From NCBI RefSeq assembly GCF_003018115.1, contig NZ_CP027457.1: a stretch of 64,000 nt of DNA; one strand, given 5' to 3'. Under the pieces are notes generated by a model, which saw only the letters and a list, made by a program, of their open reading frames with translations, did no database searches and was not told where the DNA came from. Every line of letters begins with the position of its first letter. The first letter of the stretch is position 1. Source of the DNA: Escherichia coli (GTDB lineage Bacteria; Pseudomonadota; Gammaproteobacteria; Enterobacterales; Enterobacteriaceae). Shown here in pieces: positions 57,872 to 64,000 of this stretch. The position numbers and the translations under genes were made by a program.

Positions 57872-58705
57872 TTGTATAAAATGGATAAACCAAAGGCGTA
57901 CTGCCGCCTGCTTCTCCCCTGCTTTCTTTTACTTTCGGCCTGTACCGTTGATATCAGCCAGCCAGACTCCTCTGCCACAGCAGTAGATGCCGAGGCGAAA
58001 ACATGGGCTGTCAAATTCCAGCATCAAAGCTCTTTCACCGAACAATCAATAAAAGAAATAACGGTACCTGATCTCAAACCCGGCGATTTGCTGTTCTCCT
58101 CAAGCCTGGGGGTAACCTCATTTGGGATCCGCGTTTTCAGCACTTCCTCTGTGAGTCACGTTGCAATCTATCTGGGTGATAATAACGTTGCAGAAGCGAC
58201 AGGCGCTGGCGTCCAGATTGTTTCCCTTAAAAAAGCGATGAAGCATAGCGATAAGCTTTTCGTCTTACGAGTCCCGGATCTTACCCCGCAACAAGCCACA
58301 GAAATCACCGCGTTCGCCAACAAAATTAAAGATAGCGGGTATAACTATCGCGGCATTGTCGAGTTCATTCCATTTATGGTGACCCGCCAGATGTGCTCAC
58401 TGAATCCTTTTTCCGCAGATTTTCGCCAACAGTGCGTCAGCGGCCTGGCGAAAGCGCAGTTAAGCAGTGTGGGCGAAGGAGACAAAAAGTCGTGGTTTTG
58501 TTCGGAATTTGTCACTGATGCATTTGCCAAAGCCGGGCATCCGCTTACGCTGGCGCAATCGGGCTGGATTAGCCCTGCCGATCTGATGCATATGCGTATT
58601 GGTGATGTCTCTGCGTTTAAGCCAGAAACGCAGTTACAGTATGTTGGGCACCTGAAGCCAGGGATTTATATCAAGGCGGGTCGCTTTGTTGGTTTGACCC
58701 GGTGA
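57872..58705 (+). CDS. yaeF: YaeF/YiiX-family putative lipoprotein (permuted papain-like fold)
   Basis: 277-aa ORF with signal peptide and lipobox LLSACT; synteny between proS and nlpE. Confidence 0.85.
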   Translation: MYKMDKPKAYCRLLLPCFLLLSACTVDISQPDSSATAVDAEAKTWAVKFQHQSSFTEQSIKEITVPDLKPGDLLFSSSLGVTSFGIRVFSTSSVSHVAIYLGDNNVAEATGAGVQIVSLKKAMKHSDKLFVLRVPDLTPQQATEITAFANKIKDSGYNYRGIVEFIPFMVTRQMCSLNPFSADFRQQCVSGLAKAQLSSVGEGDKKSWFCSEFVTDAFAKAGHPLTLAQSGWISPADLMHMRIGDVSAFKPETQLQYVGHLKPGIYIKAGRFVGLTR

Positions 58706-58706
58706 T

Positions 58707-58850
<144 letters not shown>

Positions 58851-58904
58851 TGTTGAAATATATCCTTCTGGCCTGTTTTGCGTTTGTTTCTGTCTCAAGA
58901 CGGG

Positions 58905-59615
58905 TTACTGCCCCAAACTACTGCAATCCTGGTTTGGGTAAAATTTACCTGCCGTATCGGGCGCTAATACTTTGGTTGGCGCACCGGTATCCGGATTAGC
59001 CTCAAGCGTAAAGTGACCTTCTACTGACAGTAACACCGGTTTTTCACTGTGACCACGCGCAGCCAGGTAGCCACGCTCCAGCTCTGCGTTATTCGCTACC
59101 ATGAAACGTTTTCCGGTCACGCAATCAGTGAAGGTCGCCGCATCAGCCATATAAAAATACATGCCCCGCAGGGTCATCGGCGTCATGGGTAAACTGGATT
59201 GTGCCGGTTCCAGCGTATAGTTGAACTGCGATTCAATCGGATTGCCTTCACGATCGAGCATCTCCAGCGCATCGCCTTTCGCCCGATAATATGACTTTTC
59301 ACCTTTGCTGTCGGTTAATACCAGCTTGTCAGCGGTTCGCGCCCATGTACCGTAGGAAGCGAAGGAGGAAGGTTCTTCACGAGCACCGAGATAACGCTCA
59401 TTCATCACCCATGTTCCGTCTTTTTCGAGGAACAGAGAGGTTTCGATTCCTTCGCAATCGGCACACGGCAGCACGCCGCGCCAACTTTGCGGCATCGGTT
59501 TCAGTTCGGCTGCCTGCGCCGGAGAAAGCGTATCGACTTCGGCCCGATTATTACAACCCATCAGAGTAAAGAGGCTGATTACAGCCATCGCTGTCACTAT
59601 CGCTTTTTTCACCAT
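58905..59615 (-). CDS. nlpE: Outer-membrane lipoprotein NlpE (CutF), Cpx-pathway sensor
   Basis: 236-aa ORF; lipobox LMGCN; CxxC motif PCADCEG. Confidence 0.93.
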   Translation of the reverse strand: MVKKAIVTAMAVISLFTLMGCNNRAEVDTLSPAQAAELKPMPQSWRGVLPCADCEGIETSLFLEKDGTWVMNERYLGAREEPSSFASYGTWARTADKLVLTDSKGEKSYYRAKGDALEMLDREGNPIESQFNYTLEPAQSSLPMTPMTLRGMYFYMADAATFTDCVTGKRFMVANNAELERGYLAARGHSEKPVLLSVEGHFTLEANPDTGAPTKVLAPDTAGKFYPNQDCSSLGQ

Positions 59616-59628
59616 CCATTCCTTCTTT

Positions 59629-60051
59629 TTATTCCCGACCGCTGCGCACTTTGCCGCGCATCGCCTTCACGCTTGATTTTTGTGCTTTCGATGCCAGCCT
59701 GCGCTCTTTCGATGCACGGGTGGGCCGCGTGGGTCGTCGGGCTTTTTGTTCTGTTGTTAATTCTTTAATCACAGCCACCAGCCGGGCCAGAGCGGCTTCG
59801 CGGTTCAGTTCCTGACTGCGGTATTCCTGTGCCTTAATGACAATCACGCCATCACTGCTGATCAAATGATGGCTGGCGGCGAGCAGACGCTCTTTGTAAT
59901 ACTCTGGCAGGCTGGACGCCCGAATGTCAAAACGCAGATGAATAGCCGTTGAGGTCTTATTAACATGCTGCCCGCCCGCGCCCTGCGCACGAATGGCGGT
60001 GATCTCAAGCTCACCATCGGGAATAGCAACATGTCGGGAAATCACAATCAT
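59629..60051 (-). CDS. arfB: Peptidyl-tRNA hydrolase ArfB (YaeJ), ribosome rescue factor
   Basis: 140-aa ORF with GGQ motif ([10 protein letters not shown]) and basic C-terminal tail. Confidence 0.93.
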   Translation of the reverse strand: MIVISRHVAIPDGELEITAIRAQGAGGQHVNKTSTAIHLRFDIRASSLPEYYKERLLAASHHLISSDGVIVIKAQEYRSQELNREAALARLVAVIKELTTEQKARRPTRPTRASKERRLASKAQKSSVKAMRGKVRSGRE

Positions 60052-60593
60052 GAAGGTTGTTGCCAGGCGGTTAAGTTCACTTCCAGATTATTCTTATCAT
60101 CCGATAACCAGATCACGCCATCCTGAATCGTTGCCTGCAGCGTCATGGTACGATCGGCAAAGGCGCTTACTTTCGCCAGTTGTTCATCGTCCAGATACCA
60201 GACGGAAAGATTGGCAAACTGCACACATTTGCTCTGATTTTGCTGCCACCAGATTTGCGCCGCCCGACTATTATAGGTAAACAGCGCCACTTCTGCGGCC
60301 TGGGTGCAGGCTTTCTTAATCCGCCGCTCATCCGGCAGCCCCAGCTCAATCCACAAATCAATGCCCAGGTGATCGTTACGCAGCCACGCTTCCGGCTCAT
60401 CATCGGCACACAAACCACGGGTAAATTGCAGACGTTCATCAGCATATTTCAGCCACGCCAGCAAGCGCAGCATCATACGCTCCTGGGTTTCTGAAGGGTG
60501 GCGCGCCAGCGTCAGAGAGGCATCGAGAAACTGGTTGCGGTCGAGATCGGCCACATTAACCGTCGCTTTATAAATTGTCGCTTTAAGCGCCAT
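60048..60593 (-). CDS. yaeQ: YaeQ family protein
   Basis: 181-aa ORF; ATGA overlap with arfB; conserved synteny. Confidence 0.88.
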   Translation of the reverse strand: MALKATIYKATVNVADLDRNQFLDASLTLARHPSETQERMMLRLLAWLKYADERLQFTRGLCADDEPEAWLRNDHLGIDLWIELGLPDERRIKKACTQAAEVALFTYNSRAAQIWWQQNQSKCVQFANLSVWYLDDEQLAKVSAFADRTMTLQATIQDGVIWLSDDKNNLEVNLTAWQQPS

Positions 60594-60758
60594 AAGAAAA
60601 CTCCTTTCGAATCAGGAGGCCATTGTAACGGAATACGTGCAGTTGCGGCGCTGATATTGCAGAAATGAGTGTGGTATAGTCACCTTGCGAAACAGAGTTT
60701 ATCTTCGTAGGCTTAGACTTGCATCCACGGTTAAGTCAGAGTGCTGACAGGAGGGCAT

Positions 60759-60959
60759 GTGGAAAAATATTGTGAGTTAATACGCAAGCGGTACGCGGAA
60801 ATCGCCAGCGGAGACTTAGGATACGTTCCGGACGCGCTGGGCTGCGTTTTGAAAGTGCTGAATGAAATGGCTGCCGACGACGCCCTTTCTGAGGCTGTCA
60901 GGGAAAAAGCAGCATACGCTGCGGCAAACTTACTGGTGAGCGATTATGTCAATGAATGA
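60759..60959 (+). CDS. yaeP: Small protein YaeP (66 aa), probable GTG start
   Basis: ORF 60741..60959; K-12-like product begins at [17 protein letters not shown] with GTG at 60759 preceded by GGAGGG. Confidence 0.8.
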
Positions 60960-61206
60960 TACGTATCAACCAATCAATTGTGATGATTACGATAATCTTG
61001 AGCTCGCCTGCCAGCATCATTTAATGCTGACACTTGAGCTGAAAGATGGCGAAAAATTGCAGGCAAAAGCCAGCGATTTAGTCTCCCGCAAAAATGTGGA
61101 GTATCTGGTCGTCGAGGCCGCTGGCGAAACCCGTGAGCTACGTCTGGATAAAATTACCAGCTTTAGCCACCCGGAAATCGGTACGGTGGTGGTGAGCGAG
61201 TCCTGA
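60952..61206 (+). CDS. rof: Rho-specific inhibitor of transcription termination Rof (YaeO)
   Basis: ORF 60946..61206; start at [23 protein letters not shown] (84 aa); overlaps the yaeP stop. Confidence 0.9.
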
Positions 61207-61258
61207 TTGACTTTCGCCGGATGCGACGCTTAATGCGTCATATCCGGCCTTCACTTAA

Positions 61259-62554
61259 CTAAGCGTTTTGCTGCCAGACAAAACTTATGCCATTCTCACC
61301 TTCAGCCACACCTTCTTGCGTCACAAATACCCCTGCCGCCGCAATCAGCGTTTCGCCATAAAACAGCAGTGGCGTGGTGTCACGTAGCCACGGCGGCACG
61401 CCCAGCTCTTGCCAGATTTTCTTTAGCTTACGTCCGCCGTTACGCCCGACAATATGCAGCAATCCTGGCGCTTTGAAACGCACGCTGACCGCTTCGTCTG
61501 CACGCGGAGGGCGAATATCGCCTCCCGCATTAAGCTGTACACTTCCCAGCCCCGCCGGTAATTCCAGCGGTTGAAGCCACGTCTGCCACGGCACAATGTT
61601 TTCGCTTTGCCCGGTGACGGATTTAATCCACCACAGTTGCGACTGATAGCGTCGGATTTCAAACGCGCCCAAACGTAAACAGGGGGAGGCATCTTCCCGC
61701 GCCAGCGCCACTTCCTGCCAGATCCTCACCAACGCGTCGCGGGAAGGCATCGGTGCATTCTGCCCTGCCAGCCAGCGGCGGATAATCGCCGCGCGACGGG
61801 CATCACTCATCGCCAGCATTGGCGCAATCTGCAGCGTCCCCTGCGGCGATTGACAGTGTGCTAAATCATCCGCCAGCAGTTCATCCAACAGGCTCTCTTG
61901 TTCAGCACAAAGTGCGGCGCTGCGGGCCGTTGTTTCGGCAAAATGCGGCCAACGCTGCTGCAATAACGGCACTACGCGCAGGCGCAGAAAGTTACGATCG
62001 TATGAGTCGTCCTGATTACTTTCGTCTTCAATCCAGCGTAAACCATGCGCCAATGCCCACTGCGCAAGTTCCCCCCGCGTGCGGGCAAGCAACGGGCGGA
62101 TAAGCCGTGTTCCGGCAAACTCCGAAACTTCCGCCATAGCCGAAAGCCCGGCAGGGCCGCTACCGCGTTTTAGCGCCAGCAGAAAAGTTTCACATTGATC
62201 GTCGAGATGTTGCGCGGTGACCAGCACTTCACCGGGCAACAAGGTGCGGGCAAATGCCTGATAACGCGCCTGCCGCGCCTGGGCCTCAATCCCCAGCCCC
62301 TCTTGCGCAAGTTGTACGCGTTCGACCACCAGCGGCACCTGCCACTGTTGGCAGACGTTTTCGCAATGCGTAACCCAGGCATCGGCATTGGCACTTAAAC
62401 CGTGATGCACATGAATAGCGCGCAGAGCGACACCCGGATTTTCCGTCCGCCACTGCACCAACTGATGCAGCAGAACGGTGGAGTCAAGCCCGCCGCTAAA
62501 GGCCACCAGAATCTGGCGTGAGGTGAGAAGTTGTCTATTGAGCGTGAGTGTCAT
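61259..62554 (-). CDS. tilS: tRNA(Ile)-lysidine synthetase
   Basis: 431-aa ORF with PP-loop motif SGGLDS. Confidence 0.93.
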   Translation of the reverse strand: MTLTLNRQLLTSRQILVAFSGGLDSTVLLHQLVQWRTENPGVALRAIHVHHGLSANADAWVTHCENVCQQWQVPLVVERVQLAQEGLGIEAQARQARYQAFARTLLPGEVLVTAQHLDDQCETFLLALKRGSGPAGLSAMAEVSEFAGTRLIRPLLARTRGELAQWALAHGLRWIEDESNQDDSYDRNFLRLRVVPLLQQRWPHFAETTARSAALCAEQESLLDELLADDLAHCQSPQGTLQIAPMLAMSDARRAAIIRRWLAGQNAPMPSRDALVRIWQEVALAREDASPCLRLGAFEIRRYQSQLWWIKSVTGQSENIVPWQTWLQPLELPAGLGSVQLNAGGDIRPPRADEAVSVRFKAPGLLHIVGRNGGRKLKKIWQELGVPPWLRDTTPLLFYGETLIAAAGVFVTQEGVAEGENGISFVWQQNA

Positions 62555-62618
62555 GATGGTGCGATTTTACAGTAGCAATGCCCGGCACGTTACCGGGCAA
62601 ATGCCGCGATGACAAGCC

Positions 62619-63008
62619 TTACCACTCATACAGTTCCAACGGCAGCCCGTCCGGATCGTTAAAGAACGTGAAGCGTTTTTGCGTGTATGGATCGACACGG
62701 ATGGCTTCACACTTCACGTTATGGCTTTCAAGGTGCGCCACTGCCGCATCGATATCATCAACGCTAAAAGCCAGATGACGCAGGCCGCAAGCTTCCGGTC
62801 GGCTGGGGCGCTCCGGCGGGAACGGAAATGAGAAAAGCTCAATCACATATTGCCCATTAAGCGCCAAATCCCCTTTCCACGAGTCGCGCGCTTCGCGATA
62901 GACTTCGCTTTGCAGCGTGAAACCAAGAATATCGCAGTAGAAAGCTTTGCTCACCGCATAATCCGTCGCAATAATCGCAATATGGTGAACCTGTTTTAAA
63001 CCCAGCAT
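62619..63008 (-). CDS. yaeR: VOC (glyoxalase-like) family protein YaeR
   Basis: ORF 62619..63035; start taken at MLGLKQVHHIAIIATDY (129 aa). Confidence 0.85.
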   Translation of the reverse strand: MLGLKQVHHIAIIATDYAVSKAFYCDILGFTLQSEVYREARDSWKGDLALNGQYVIELFSFPFPPERPSRPEACGLRHLAFSVDDIDAAVAHLESHNVKCEAIRVDPYTQKRFTFFNDPDGLPLELYEW

Positions 63009-63064
63009 AACGTCTCCTTTATTTGTTAACAGCACGTTACTCGCCCGGAAGCCGCTCTGGCAAG

Positions 63065-64000
63065 TTATCCCGCCATTTTTAGGACTCGTACGCGGTAAAC
63101 GCCGTCTTCGTCCTGTTTCGCGCCGTGAATATCCGTTTCAAAACCGGGGTAATGTTGCCCTACGGAACAAAGCATCAGTAGAAAATCGAGTACTGTGCGG
63201 CTCTCTTTGGTCAGCATTTCTCCAGGCATCAACAGCGGTACGCCAGGAGGATAAGGCAGGATCATATTTGCCGATACTCTACCGACCAGTTGTTCCAGCG
63301 CAATGGTTTCTACTTCACCTTTAATCTGTCTCTGCCATGCCTGATGTGGCGTCATGATCATTTCCGGCAAAGTATCGAATGCCCGCAACATCAAACCGGG
63401 AAGATCGTGTTTACGAATTAGCTTATGGATCCCTTGCGCCAGATCCTGAATACGCATATTGCGGTAGAAATCGGGATCTTCTGCGTACAGATCCGGAAGC
63501 ATATTTTTGATTCGCAGATTGAGATCGTAAGAGCGTTTAAATTCCGTCAACCCACGCAATAATCCCATTGCTTTGGTTTTATCGATGCCAATACTAAAGA
63601 GAAACAGCAGGTTATATGGGCCGGTTTTCTCTACCACGATCCCACGCTCATCGAGGAACTTCGCCACCAGCGCCGCCGGGATCCCCTCCTCGCTCATATT
63701 GCCCTGCTCGTCCATCCCCGGCGTCAGAATAGTGACTTTAACCGGATCGAGGAACATATGATCGGCATCCGCATCGTTAAAGCCGTGCCATTGTTCGCCA
63801 GGCGCAACGGGCCAGCATTCGGCTTCATCCACCTGCGGCGGTTGCCAGATATCGAAAAACCAACCGTCAGACTCTTCCCGCAGCCGCTGGACCTCTTTGC
63901 GAAAATGCAGAGCTCGTTCTACTGAACGGTTAATCAGCCGTTTACCCGGATTACCACGCAGCATCGCTGCTGCCGTCTCAACCGAAGCAACAATGGGATA
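63065..64000 (-). CDS. ldcC: Lysine decarboxylase LdcC, C-terminal portion only (5' end beyond window)
   Basis: Open frame runs to the window edge; translation matches the C-terminal part of a fold-type I PLP lysine decarboxylase; synteny next to yaeR. Confidence 0.88.
   Translation of the reverse strand, partial: YPIVASVETAAAMLRGNPGKRLINRSVERALHFRKEVQRLREESDGWFFDIWQPPQVDEAECWPVAPGEQWHGFNDADADHMFLDPVKVTILTPGMDEQGNMSEEGIPAALVAKFLDERGIVVEKTGPYNLLFLFSIGIDKTKAMGLLRGLTEFKRSYDLNLRIKNMLPDLYAEDPDFYRNMRIQDLAQGIHKLIRKHDLPGLMLRAFDTLPEMIMTPHQAWQRQIKGEVETIALEQLVGRVSANMILPYPPGVPLLMPGEMLTKESRTVLDFLLMLCSVGQHYPGFETDIHGAKQDEDGVYRVRVLKMAG

Overview
Enterobacterial (Escherichia coli-like) chromosome segment, in reverse orientation relative to the K-12 map as I recall it. 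Conserved core genes flank a ~33 kb accessory island lying between yafV and yafT-aspV (tRNA-Asp). Left core: gmhA (partial), fadE, ivy, yafV. Right core: yafT, aspV, dnaQ, rnhA, yafS, gloB, mltD, yafE, yafD, yafC, dkgB, the complete rrnH operon (16S-tRNAIle-tRNAAla-23S-5S-tRNAAsp), gmhB, metNIQ, rcsF, trmO, proS, yaeF, nlpE, arfB, yaeQ, yaeP, rof, tilS, yaeR and ldcC (partial). The island is a complete type VI secretion system with Vibrio cholerae Vas-like gene order (tssB, tssC, tssE, tssF, tssG, fha, tssJ, tssK, tssL, clpV, vasI, tssA, tssM, vasL) but no vasH-type sigma-54 activator. Divergent from it is an hcp-vgrG-PAAR/Rhs-immunity effector operon followed by tandem H-repeat (ISAs1-family) elements, one intact and one internally deleted. 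The two most interesting loci are (1) the Rhs C-terminal toxin of unrecognised family with an overlapping immunity gene, and (2) an AT-rich module at the tRNA-proximal end encoding a divergent Hcp paralog, a Cys-free 298-aa candidate effector and two translationally coupled signal-peptide proteins (candidate periplasmic immunity). All calls rest on reading the supplied translations and sequence; no database search was run.
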